64,000 nt of DNA, from assembly GCA_037917685.1 (NCBI GenBank), contig JAVCBU010000012.1:320001-384000 (forward strand), read 5' to 3'. The stretch is from Thermoproteota archaeon (lineage in GTDB: Archaea; Korarchaeota; Korarchaeia; Korarchaeales; JAOZGB01). The notes under the pieces were generated by a model. It ran no database searches. It was not told where the DNA came from and saw only the letters and a list, made by a program, of their open reading frames with translations. Below are positions 28,402 through 37,851 of the stretch, in pieces (the stretch's first letter is position 1; each line of letters starts with the position of its first letter). A program made the position numbers and the translations under genes.

Positions 28402-29107
28402 CTTTAATCTCTTCTCTCTTTCTAATTTTTTCTATTTTTCCGTCCCTGATCCATACAACCCTATCAGACACATCTATCATTTTGGGATCGTGGGTAGCAG
28501 TTATAACGGTTGTCTGCTTTTCAACACTGAGTTTTTTCAGAAGATGGATGATGTTCAACCCAGTGGTTAAGTCTAGGTTCCCTGTTGGCTCATCTGCAAG
28601 TATTATAGCTGGATCGTTCGCCAAGGCCCTAGCTATGGCAACTCTTTGCTGTTGTCCACCAGACAGTTCTGTGGGTCTATGGTTTACCCTATCTCCTAGG
28701 CCAACCGCTTCGAGTAGCCTCTTCGCCTTCTCTATTCTCTCTTCCTTTTTGACACCTGCAAAGACCATAGGTAGAGCAACATTTTCAAGAGCTGTTAGAA
28801 CAGGGATCAAATTAAAAGTCTGGAAGATATAACCTATATAATGACAGCGGAACCATGCTAGCTGCTCTCTTCCAAGCTTATTTAATTCCAAACCTTCAAC
28901 GTAAACTTTACCTTCTGTGGGTGTATCTAGAGCACCTATCATGTTGAATAATGTGGTTTTTCCAGAGCCGCTTGGCCCCATTATGCTTAGATATTCGCCT
29001 CTTCTAACTGTTAGGTTGATTCCATCTAATGCTTTAACTGTTTCCCCTTTAAGGAAGTAGTATTTCTTAAGGTCTATGACTTCTACGACTGTATCACTTG
29101 AGGTCAA
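28352..29107 (-). CDS. ABC transporter ATP-binding protein (LolD/MacB-like)
   Basis: GPSGSGKTT, FQTFNL, LSGGQQQRVAIARAL, LADEPTGNLD, TH. Confidence 0.95.
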   Translation of the reverse strand: MTSSDTVVEVIDLKKYYFLKGETVKALDGINLTVRRGEYLSIMGPSGSGKTTLFNMIGALDTPTEGKVYVEGLELNKLGREQLAWFRCHYIGYIFQTFNLIPVLTALENVALPMVFAGVKKEERIEKAKRLLEAVGLGDRVNHRPTELSGGQQQRVAIARALANDPAIILADEPTGNLDLTTGLNIIHLLKKLSVEKQTTVITATHDPKMIDVSDRVVWIRDGKIEKIRKREEIKVEVGKVEGIAGYDFES

Positions 29108-29159
29108 CGTTTACACCAGGACTTGCAATGTTTAAGATTAGTTTTAAATTTTAATCGGT

Positions 29160-30434
29160 TTAGACCTTGTAGCTCACACCAAGCTTCGGCTCTATACCTT
29201 CAACGTCCATTGTTTCAGAAAGCTCTTTGGCAAACTTATCTGTCTCCTCACCGTGTATGCAGAACACGGTTCTGGGGGAAAGTGTTTTAATAAAGTTTAA
29301 AAGTCTCGGCCTATCCACGTGAGCTGAAAGGTTTACCCTTTCTATTCTTAGGGACGGTTTGTACACAGCATCTTCTATCTCAATCTCTCCTGTCTTCAGA
29401 AGGATGTTGCCCTTGCTACCCTCAACCTGGAATCCGGTTATCAAAAGGCTACTGTTCTCCGAATCGTACAGTTTGGACAGATAGAATAATACCGGCCCGC
29501 CTTCCAGCATTCCGGACGTTGTGAGAATAATGCTCGGCTTCTTCAGTATTTTCTTTCTCATTTTTTGGGACGTCACGTAGGCAACAGTGTTTAATGCTGC
29601 TTCAAATAGGAGTTTGTCCCTAACGGTACCATGCTTCCTGATTATGTCTGTTGCTGTCCTAGCCATGCCGTCGAGATAGAGCCTGCATTTGGTTTTACTC
29701 TTTCTAAAGATCGCTATCATCGCCTCATTGAGCCTTGCAACAGCGAAACCTGCTATTAGAGCCGTCCCTCCAGCTTTGCATGTTTCTGTAACTATTTGTG
29801 CCAGTCTTTTTTCTTCCCGGGATCTCGGAGGGTGTTCTCGAGTAGAGTATGTAGACTCTGTTATGAGTATGTCCACTTTGGGCATGTCAAGATCTACACC
29901 CTCGACGAGTTGAGTGTCTATGTATTTATAGTCTCCAGTGTATAGGATTCTCCGGTTTCCAACTTCAAGGAGGTATGAAAGACTTCCTGGAATATGTCCT
30001 GCATGGAACGCTTTGACTTTAATGCTGCCGACTTTGAATTTGCTACCTGAAGTTATATTACGGTAATTTTTGTAGAACATCTCAACTTCTTTTTCCCCAA
30101 ATTCGATAGGGTAATTCTCTATTTTTGCAACTTTTATTGAATCGTAAAGAAGTAGTTCCGAAAGATCCCTAGTTATAGGTGTCCCATATACTTTTAATGC
30201 TGGATTCGAGTTGTACAATGTTGGAATCGCACCGCTATGATCTAGATGGCAGTGTGTTAGTAGAACAGCGTCGATCTTCGAATCTGGTTTTATAGGCATT
30301 TCAGGGGGTTGGTGTGGCTTGATTTTTATACCATAGTCTAGAAGTAGCCTGGTACGTTTGTATTCTATCAATACCCCTGCCCTTCCAACCTCTCTGCATG
30401 CTCCTAGAAAGCTTATTTCTACCATAGAACTCAC
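29160..30434 (-). CDS. MBL-fold beta-CASP ribonuclease (aCPSF2-like)
   Basis: FLGACREVGR, THCHLDHSG, AGHIPGS, YTGD, ESTY, SGMLEGG, SAH, HGE. Confidence 0.92.
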   Translation of the reverse strand: MSSMVEISFLGACREVGRAGVLIEYKRTRLLLDYGIKIKPHQPPEMPIKPDSKIDAVLLTHCHLDHSGAIPTLYNSNPALKVYGTPITRDLSELLLYDSIKVAKIENYPIEFGEKEVEMFYKNYRNITSGSKFKVGSIKVKAFHAGHIPGSLSYLLEVGNRRILYTGDYKYIDTQLVEGVDLDMPKVDILITESTYSTREHPPRSREEKRLAQIVTETCKAGGTALIAGFAVARLNEAMIAIFRKSKTKCRLYLDGMARTATDIIRKHGTVRDKLLFEAALNTVAYVTSQKMRKKILKKPSIILTTSGMLEGGPVLFYLSKLYDSENSSLLITGFQVEGSKGNILLKTGEIEIEDAVYKPSLRIERVNLSAHVDRPRLLNFIKTLSPRTVFCIHGEETDKFAKELSETMDVEGIEPKLGVSYKV

Positions 30435-30443
30435 CTGTATATT

Positions 30444-30710
30444 TTATATTGATGGTAACTCGTAACCTACGACCTTTACTTTAGCCTCAGATACTCCGTC
30501 CACTTCTTCAGCTGCCTTCTTAGCCATAGCAAGTATTAGATTCATAAGAGGACAGAAGGGAGTTGTTAAGGTCATTTCAATGGTCACTTTACCATCATCT
30601 TCTATAATTATATTTTTGACCATGTTAAGGTCAACGATACTCCTCCCTAATTCAGGGTCGTATACCTTTCTGAGATTTGTGAGAATTCTTTCTTTTAGTT
30701 TTTCTGACAT
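30444..30710 (-). CDS. DUF59/SufT Fe-S cluster assembly factor
   Basis: VYDPELGRSIVDLNMV, TLTTPFCP. Start set at MSEKLK. Confidence 0.9.
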   Translation of the reverse strand: MSEKLKERILTNLRKVYDPELGRSIVDLNMVKNIIIEDDGKVTIEMTLTTPFCPLMNLILAMAKKAAEEVDGVSEAKVKVVGYELPSI

Positions 30711-30851
30711 CAGTAATCTGATAGTTATAGCTTTGAGGATGTTTATAATGTTGTGCATTTAGCCAGTTAGTTGAGGGGTTTATAGTTATATATTGCATCA
30801 CTAAGATAGCGCATTTGGGTTAGAATCGCAGACCATCAAACTAATAAATAT

Positions 30852-33221
30852 ATGGAAGGAATAAAGATGGTCGGAAGTATGGAGAAGGCTGGAAAGTTTA
30901 AGCCTAAGATTGAGGTCTTAAGATGGACCCCTAAGCTCGAAGAGGAGATGCTTGAGCTTCATAAGGGTCTTTACAAGTTTAATCCTAACTCTGGAAAACC
31001 ATTATACGCTATCGACATGCCTCCACCTTACGCTAGTGGCAGATGGCATATAGCGGCTTCCATTCACTACACTCAGATAGATATGATCGCTAGGACAAGA
31101 AGAATGCAAGGCTATGAGGTCTTATTCCCTATGGGGATTGATCGTAATGGACTTCCTGTAGAAGTTCAGGTTGAAAGACATTATAATATCCAGATGCATG
31201 AGTACCCGAGAGAAGAGTTTCTAAAATTATGCAGGGAGTTCCTCGACGAGGCTGAGAAGGACATCCTATCTCTTACAAGAAGACTTGCCTTAAGCTGTGA
31301 TGTAGATAACTACTATCAAACAGATTCCGAAAAGTGGAGGGCTATCACACAGGCGACGTTTATTGAACACTGGAATAAAGGCCATATCTACGAGGATTAC
31401 AGGCCTTCAAACTATTGCCCAAGATGTAAGACGGTCATTGCCGACGCTGAGATAGAATATAAGGAAAAGGAGACGGTGCTTGCATATGTGAGATTTAAGA
31501 TTGAGGGTGGAGAGGACATAGTAATAGCTACAACAAGACCTGAACTTCTTGCAGGCTGCGCACTCATAATTTACAATCCAAAAGATGATAGGTACAAACA
31601 CTTAAATGGTAAAAATGCAATCGTCCCTATCTACAATAAGAGGGTTCCTATCCGTGAACACCCATATGCTAACCCGGAATTCGGTACCGGCCTTGTCATG
31701 ATATGTTCTTATGGGGATACCAGCGATGTCAGGCTTTTTAAGGAGTTAAATCTGGAACCTACAATTTTAATAGACGAAGATGGAAAAATGACTGAGAATG
31801 CAGGTAAGTATGCAGGATTAGAAGTTGGAGAAGCTAGGAAAAAGATAATCGAGGACTTAAATAACATGGAACTTTTAGAAGAAGTTAGAAAGACTGTTCA
31901 TAGAGTACCTTCTTGCTGGCGATGTGGAACAACCATTGAGTTTGTACCAATGAGGGAATTCTACCTACGCCAGCTACCATTTGTTGATGAAATAAGAAGA
32001 ATGGTTCTTGAAGGAAAGATAAAGTTCCATCCTGAAAGCTCTAAAGTTATTCTCCTGAACTGGTTGGATTCAATTACAACTGATTGGCCCATATCAAGAC
32101 GGAGGTATTATGGGACAGAGTTGCCTATATGGTACTGTAAGTCTTGCAAGAAGCCAGTACTCCCCCAAAAGGGCAAGTATTATAGGCCGTGGAAGGAAAA
32201 TCCGCCTTTCGATAAGTGCCCAATATGTGGATCAGACAAGGGTTTTGAGGGAGAAACTAGAACCTTTGACACATGGATGGATTCGAGTATTACGGAAGCC
32301 GTCTATTGCGGGTATGATTGGGACATGAACCTCTTTGAAAAGCTTTATCCATGCTCTATAAGGCCCCAAGGGAAGGACATTGTTAGAACATGGCTGTACT
32401 ATACCCTTCTCAGGGGATATTTACTTTTTGGGAAGCCAGCTTTTAAAGAAGTGTGGATCTCAGGAATGGGCCTGGACGAACATGGCAGAGCCATGCATCG
32501 CCATTTAGGTAACGTAATATACCCATGGCCAATGATAGAAAAGTACGGATCTGAGGCTATAAGATTTTTCGGGGCATTTGAAACTAATCTCGGCTCTGAT
32601 TTTAGAATATCAGAACAACGGGTTAGGGGAACGCTCAAGTTCTTGATAAAAGTGTTGAACGTTGCACGATACATTTCAATGTTCCCATATGTTGACAAAG
32701 AACCTCAACTGAGAAAGACGGATCTATGGATTCTTGGAGAGGCAAACAAGCTTATTAGAAGATGTATGGTGGGATACAACGAGTTAAACTTCTTCATCCC
32801 TGCAAGAGCCATAAAAACATTTGTAAAGGACTTATACGCCCCACACTATATTGAAATGAGCAAGAAACGTGCCTACGAGGAATCTAATGGAGCGGAGTCA
32901 GCGTGGTATACTCTGCACCAGACACTTAGGATTATACTCCTTTTGATGGCGCCTATCACACCATTAATCACAGATTACATTTGGAGAAAGATATATGGAG
33001 GTACAATTCACCGCATGACATTCCCGGAACCGGTTGAGAAGTGGGACAGCAAGCTGACAGATCTCACAGAGAAGCTCAAAGAATTTAACCAGCAGGTATG
33101 GAGGATGAAGACTGAAATGAAGTTATCACTTAAGGACGAGATTGAGATAGAAATTCCAAGTGAGCTTAAGCCGTTTGAAGAGGACCTTATAGCCCTTCAC
33201 AATATAAAAAGGAGGGATTAA
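30852..33221 (+). CDS. valS: Valyl-tRNA synthetase with atypical signature motifs
   Basis: DMPPPYASG, GIDRNGLPVE, IATTRPELL, FGTGLVMICSYGD, DWPISRRRYYG, DTWMDSS, RPQGKDIVRTW. Confidence 0.93.
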   Translation: MEGIKMVGSMEKAGKFKPKIEVLRWTPKLEEEMLELHKGLYKFNPNSGKPLYAIDMPPPYASGRWHIAASIHYTQIDMIARTRRMQGYEVLFPMGIDRNGLPVEVQVERHYNIQMHEYPREEFLKLCREFLDEAEKDILSLTRRLALSCDVDNYYQTDSEKWRAITQATFIEHWNKGHIYEDYRPSNYCPRCKTVIADAEIEYKEKETVLAYVRFKIEGGEDIVIATTRPELLAGCALIIYNPKDDRYKHLNGKNAIVPIYNKRVPIREHPYANPEFGTGLVMICSYGDTSDVRLFKELNLEPTILIDEDGKMTENAGKYAGLEVGEARKKIIEDLNNMELLEEVRKTVHRVPSCWRCGTTIEFVPMREFYLRQLPFVDEIRRMVLEGKIKFHPESSKVILLNWLDSITTDWPISRRRYYGTELPIWYCKSCKKPVLPQKGKYYRPWKENPPFDKCPICGSDKGFEGETRTFDTWMDSSITEAVYCGYDWDMNLFEKLYPCSIRPQGKDIVRTWLYYTLLRGYLLFGKPAFKEVWISGMGLDEHGRAMHRHLGNVIYPWPMIEKYGSEAIRFFGAFETNLGSDFRISEQRVRGTLKFLIKVLNVARYISMFPYVDKEPQLRKTDLWILGEANKLIRRCMVGYNELNFFIPARAIKTFVKDLYAPHYIEMSKKRAYEESNGAESAWYTLHQTLRIILLLMAPITPLITDYIWRKIYGGTIHRMTFPEPVEKWDSKLTDLTEKLKEFNQQVWRMKTEMKLSLKDEIEIEIPSELKPFEEDLIALHNIKRRD

Positions 33222-33430
33222 CGCTCTACGAGGAACGTTATTTTGACTCTAGCCCTATACTCCTTTATCTCGTCTCCTTCCACTATTGCGCTATAGCCTA
33301 GCACCTTTATCCTTCGGATATTCCTCAGTGTTTTCTTTGCCTCGTTAAACGCTGCATATACGGCATCCTCCCAGCTTTTTGTTGATGAACCTACTAGCTC
33401 TATGTTTTTGGCTACAGGCATTTTAACCAA
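33218..33430 (-). CDS. Dodecin family flavin-binding protein
   Basis: IELVGSS.KSWEDA...A...A.KTLRNI...EYR..VKITF. Confidence 0.9.
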   Translation of the reverse strand: MVKMPVAKNIELVGSSTKSWEDAVYAAFNEAKKTLRNIRRIKVLGYSAIVEGDEIKEYRARVKITFLVER

Positions 33431-33460
33431 ATATACTTCTCTTTAATATTTTTTATTAAG

Positions 33461-34306
33461 CTATCGTCCAGCAATGTTAAAATATATTTTCTTTAGCTTT
33501 ACTGCGTCCTCGTCGAGAAGGGGGGTTTCACAGATTATGGTGGGGGAGAGGTTCCACTCATGGATTATCTCGGCAAGGGGTTTAAAGTCGGGTCCGTATC
33601 CTGAGCCTATGTCGTGATGCCTTCTTTCTCCATAACCTTTCTTAGTCATTTCTATCTCTGAAAAATGAATTAAGAGGTTATTCACGGTTTTTCCTAGTTT
33701 ATCTTCAACATAGCTTAGTATTCTTTCATAATCTTCCCTTTCTTTGATTGTACCTCCTTCTCTCGCATGTAAATGGGCGAAATCTATGGTGGGAACCACG
33801 TAGTCCAGCTCCATGCTAAGATTTACAACCTCACCTAAAGACCCAAACTGGCTAGGTTTACCTGTAGTCTCGGGGGAAACCTCAATTTTTATTCCCTCCG
33901 CCTTTAAGCGCTCAATAATCCATTCTAGGCTTTCTTTTACCCGTTGGTAAGCTTCTTTACGTGATAGTTTGCCGTAATATCCAGGGTGAAATGTCACATG
34001 ATTCGCCCCTAACCATGTAGCCACGCGGCAAGCATTGAGAAGCCTTTCTCTGCTAGCAGCAAGCTTAGTTTCGTCTTCAGAGCATAGGTTTATTGCATAG
34101 GGAGCATGAAGAGATAATTTAACATCGTGTTCAACCGCGGCTAATCCTATCTTTTGTAAGGGCTCCTTTTTGGTAGGGAGCCTTCTTACAGCCTGGTACT
34201 CCATTGCATCGAGGCCTTTCTCTTTCAGATAAATTATTGCTGCTTCTCCTTTTAGCCCCGACACGGGAAAACCAGCAGGTCCAAATCTAACCCTGCCCAA
34301 GCTCAC
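33461..34306 (-). CDS. nfo: Endonuclease IV (AP endonuclease family 2)
   Basis: RFGPAG, SLHAPYAINL, FHPGYY, ETTGK..QFG, IDFAHLHAR, HFS, ICETP. Confidence 0.9.
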   Translation of the reverse strand: MSLGRVRFGPAGFPVSGLKGEAAIIYLKEKGLDAMEYQAVRRLPTKKEPLQKIGLAAVEHDVKLSLHAPYAINLCSEDETKLAASRERLLNACRVATWLGANHVTFHPGYYGKLSRKEAYQRVKESLEWIIERLKAEGIKIEVSPETTGKPSQFGSLGEVVNLSMELDYVVPTIDFAHLHAREGGTIKEREDYERILSYVEDKLGKTVNNLLIHFSEIEMTKKGYGERRHHDIGSGYGPDFKPLAEIIHEWNLSPTIICETPLLDEDAVKLKKIYFNIAGR

Positions 34307-35656
34307 CTACCCATATGCTACAAGTTCTACTTCGTCGATGCTTACCCTTCTATTATTATCTCTATCAAACCATCTAACGACAATAATATTTTTCCCTTGA
34401 AGATCATCCCAATATTCTATCAGAAACTTCGTGATGGCCTCAGTTCCATACCGTGTGCATCCCATCAGCATTAGTACGGATCGTCTACCCCAGTTATCAT
34501 AGGCTATTGTTGCAACACCATAATCCCCTTCGGCCCAGTTTGAGGAATTGAATGTGAATGTTTCATTTTCTACTTCAACCCATGATCCTGAACGGTTGAC
34601 GTGTATTAAGCCATAAATTCTAAGCTCTATCTTACCGTCTGATTTATCGAAATCTACAGGTGCTCTTTCTATAAATTGCCTGGATGCTGGATTTGATAAT
34701 GGGCCTCCAATGGCTACGAGGTCGTGTACCCCAGGGTAGGTCCCTACGTATACTCTGCCCTTAAAGTTAAATTTAGCTTGAAAGGTATTAGCCAGCTTTT
34801 CTTCAACACCAGTCGTGCTAATTGAGGCCTCTCTGTGGAACTTTAGGAATCTATACACCGTTTTAACCTCAGCTTCCCCGCAAAGGGAGCATGCCGACTG
34901 TATAACGTATCCGTTTTCGTCATATACTGCTGCAACTGCCCTTAAATTTGAAGGATTTGAATCCTGGGATATTTGCCAGGATCCGTGTAAAATAACTCCG
35001 TTACCTGTTAGAACTGGGATATGCTCCTCTAACGCGAGACCTCGAAATATGGAATCGAAGGTTTTAGTCTCTCTTAGTACATACACATAGTCTTCCACGT
35101 TATCTTCAACTATATATACCACAGCTTGTAGATTATAGATCGCACTGGACTGGTCAAGATCTACATACAAGGTTACGTCCACTTTACCACTCTTAACTTC
35201 AAAGTTTAATCTTAGTCTTACCTTAGGAACCTCTCTTTGCATCGATTTCCAAAGCAGGTATTGGTATTCATCTTTAATATTCTCAGAAGAACCGTCTTTC
35301 CTCTCGTATCCCCCATCAAATAAGACTATCGGGGCTGAAACATCTGAATATCCGCCTATGGCCTTTGCTTTGTTAACTCCATATTCTGTCTCAAGCGAAT
35401 CCTTAATTTCCTCTGAAGTTGAGACCCTATATATTACTAAGTGCCATTCGTGATACTCGTTTTCGCTCCAAAGTTCTTGGATAGCTGGATCACACGAGTT
35501 CATACAATGAGGGCAAGTCTCACTGGTAAACACTTCAACAAGCACGGAATGCGTGGGTTCACCGCCCTCTACACTATAGGAAAACAGAGCTAGAGAAAGG
35601 GTTAAGAGTACTAAAGTTAGCTGTATCGTTAATATTGGATACGGACTTTTATCCAT
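34307..35656 (-). CDS. Secreted thioredoxin-like (CxxC; Omp28-like) protein with C-terminal S-layer-like domain
   Basis: Signal peptide; VLVEVFTSETCPHC; C-terminal AIGGPLSN...DYG...MGCTRYGTEA...WFDRDNN. Confidence 0.65.
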   Translation of the reverse strand: MDKSPYPILTIQLTLVLLTLSLALFSYSVEGGEPTHSVLVEVFTSETCPHCMNSCDPAIQELWSENEYHEWHLVIYRVSTSEEIKDSLETEYGVNKAKAIGGYSDVSAPIVLFDGGYERKDGSSENIKDEYQYLLWKSMQREVPKVRLRLNFEVKSGKVDVTLYVDLDQSSAIYNLQAVVYIVEDNVEDYVYVLRETKTFDSIFRGLALEEHIPVLTGNGVILHGSWQISQDSNPSNLRAVAAVYDENGYVIQSACSLCGEAEVKTVYRFLKFHREASISTTGVEEKLANTFQAKFNFKGRVYVGTYPGVHDLVAIGGPLSNPASRQFIERAPVDFDKSDGKIELRIYGLIHVNRSGSWVEVENETFTFNSSNWAEGDYGVATIAYDNWGRRSVLMLMGCTRYGTEAITKFLIEYWDDLQGKNIIVVRWFDRDNNRRVSIDEVELVAYG

Positions 35657-35713
35657 AGGTCTTGTATCTCCCTATTATAGTTTAACTGTTGTTTAACGCA
35701 CGTCGAACCCTAC

Positions 35714-36157
35714 TTAGATTCCCCTCTTCTTTGCATCTTCAATGGCAAACCTGCGGTATTCTTCAGGACTCATTAATTCTTTAGTCTCTTGATCTATATT
35801 ACTTGGTTCCAGTACTGCTATCCACCCCTTACCGTATGGATCAGAGTTCAACAATCCGGGATTATCTTCCAAGTCCGTATTTACTTCAATAACTTTACCT
35901 GAAATGGGACATTTAAGTTCTCCCGACCATTTTCCGCTTTCTATAAGGCTTAGGGGGTCTCCTTTGGAGAGCTCATCTCCTTCCATGGGTAGCTCGACAT
36001 ACACTATTTTCTTTGCAAGGTACTGGCCGTAATCTGTAAGCCCTACTCTAGCTTTCCCGTCTTCTATCTTTACCCACATGTTATCTTTGCTATAATATAG
36101 CCCCTCAGGGGTTTTAAACCTGGTTTCCGACATTTCACCTTCCACCTTGCTTATCAA
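35714..36157 (-). CDS. gcvH: Glycine cleavage H-like lipoyl-carrier protein
   Basis: YSKDNMWV, VGLTDYGQ, IESGK (lipoyl Lys), PISG, NSDPYGKGWI. Confidence 0.88.
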   Translation of the reverse strand: MISKVEGEMSETRFKTPEGLYYSKDNMWVKIEDGKARVGLTDYGQYLAKKIVYVELPMEGDELSKGDPLSLIESGKWSGELKCPISGKVIEVNTDLEDNPGLLNSDPYGKGWIAVLEPSNIDQETKELMSPEEYRRFAIEDAKKRGI

Positions 36158-36186
36158 CCCAGGTTTTTTATTAATATGTGTGAGAG

Positions 36187-37851
36187 CTACACTGCTATTG
36201 CGATGATTTGAGAGGAGGAATGTCGGAACTCGCAGGGAGGTAACAGGATTTTTGCTTTAAATATGAAATGGTCATTTTTATCCACGACCGCCGCTATTTG
36301 TCCGGATCTTAGATCCGGATCGTAGTCTTCGACCTGGTTTCCCAAAACTATTCGATCCCTTGGGAGAGTATTCACTATTAATCTGCCAAGTGGGGGCTTA
36401 TTTGTGGATATTAAAATTCTAAATCCTTCATCAGTAAGTATAGGTAGGCCATCAGAGTCTATATACCCTATTTCCCTGTTTTTGAGGATAAATATTATTT
36501 TATTCTCGTGTTTCTTGGTTTTTAAGCCTGCTATGTCTATATTGTAATAGTATTTTAACAGTTGCCTCGCTGTTTCCAGCGGGGTTAGTTCATCTTGAAT
36601 TTTAGATTTTTTAAGCTGTTTGAGTGGATACGTTTGGAGGAGGCCGGCAGGTATCACCCCTAGCCCCTTGACGTAAACATGTTTGCCGGGATACCTTCTT
36701 GGCATTCTAAGTCTTATCCTCGCTATTTCCGGCCTGAGCCAGAACTCTACTCCAGCGTATCTTGGGGGGTTATCTTTAATTATTGGCTCGTATTTCTCAA
36801 TCCATCTAGAATGTTTCCTTAATAGGAGAATTAATGCTTCTAAAAATCGCGGGTGCGATCTAGCTCTTAATTGAACGAGATTTAAGAGCTCCTGGTTTTT
36901 TATGGCAGTCTTTACAATTTTCAACTCTTCAAAAGTTACGAAAAGATTGTGTCTTGCTAGTAACTCCATTCTCTCTTTCTTGTCCATCTCTAAAAGTTCC
37001 TGAGGTGTGTATTTTACACAAACTGGGCAACTGCAAGGAAATTCTTCTATTTCCATTAATTTTAGTGTGCCGAAGGCTGTTAAGTATCTGTCTTGCCTTG
37101 CTGCGATACTGTACATAGCTGAATCAAATAGGTCGCAACCTAAAAATGCTAGCAATGAGAATATCATAGGATGGCCTGCGCCAAAAGCATGTATAATTTT
37201 GTCTGGAATAGTCTTTTTGATAGCTATTATTATGTCGCATATTTCTTTATAGTTGTAACTCATAAGGTAGGGGGCTAGGCCTCCGATAGCATATATATTT
37301 CCCACGTTTCTGAGGGCTATGGCGGATTTTACTCTCAGATCAATATGGGTCCCTCCTTGTAATGGAATAAGGTATTCTCTCCCGCTTGGGATTATTCTTT
37401 TTGAACTTATAACTCTACGTATTGTTTCGTCGACTTTACTCTCTGCTTCTTCTCTACTGTCTTTGGGTAGTACAAAATAGTCTAAAGGAGTAATTATGTC
37501 TGATCCTATCTCTACTTGGAATTTAACGATTGTTTCTGGATCTACACCCTTTATTCCCCTAGAGTACATTTGGTACGCTCCTGAATCGGTCATTATGATC
37601 CCATGAAAGTTCAACATTCTATGGAGCTTCTCTTCCTTAGCTTTTTCCCTCAGAGAAGGAGTATTACCAATTATGTAGGCGTTTGTTATCAGTATTTCTG
37701 CTTTAAACTGGTTTCCAAGCTCTACTGGGCTAATAATCAGCTTATTAGGATTTACGACTATAGCTATGTTTGGCGTTTCAACCTTTTTCCCCGCAACGTT
37801 TAGAACAGAGATTTTCGCAAGTCCATCTCTATATTTTATCTCCCTCTCCAA
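36187..37851 (-). CDS. tgtA: Archaeosine tRNA-guanine(15) transglycosylase
   Basis: ETP...ITNAYII, MTDSGAYQ, QGG, HAFGAGHP, DLFDSAMY, CSCPVC...RHNL Zn site; C-terminal PUA-like region. Confidence 0.92.
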   Translation of the reverse strand: MEREIKYRDGLAKISVLNVAGKKVETPNIAIVVNPNKLIISPVELGNQFKAEILITNAYIIGNTPSLREKAKEEKLHRMLNFHGIIMTDSGAYQMYSRGIKGVDPETIVKFQVEIGSDIITPLDYFVLPKDSREEAESKVDETIRRVISSKRIIPSGREYLIPLQGGTHIDLRVKSAIALRNVGNIYAIGGLAPYLMSYNYKEICDIIIAIKKTIPDKIIHAFGAGHPMIFSLLAFLGCDLFDSAMYSIAARQDRYLTAFGTLKLMEIEEFPCSCPVCVKYTPQELLEMDKKERMELLARHNLFVTFEELKIVKTAIKNQELLNLVQLRARSHPRFLEALILLLRKHSRWIEKYEPIIKDNPPRYAGVEFWLRPEIARIRLRMPRRYPGKHVYVKGLGVIPAGLLQTYPLKQLKKSKIQDELTPLETARQLLKYYYNIDIAGLKTKKHENKIIFILKNREIGYIDSDGLPILTDEGFRILISTNKPPLGRLIVNTLPRDRIVLGNQVEDYDPDLRSGQIAAVVDKNDHFIFKAKILLPPCEFRHSSSQIIAIAV

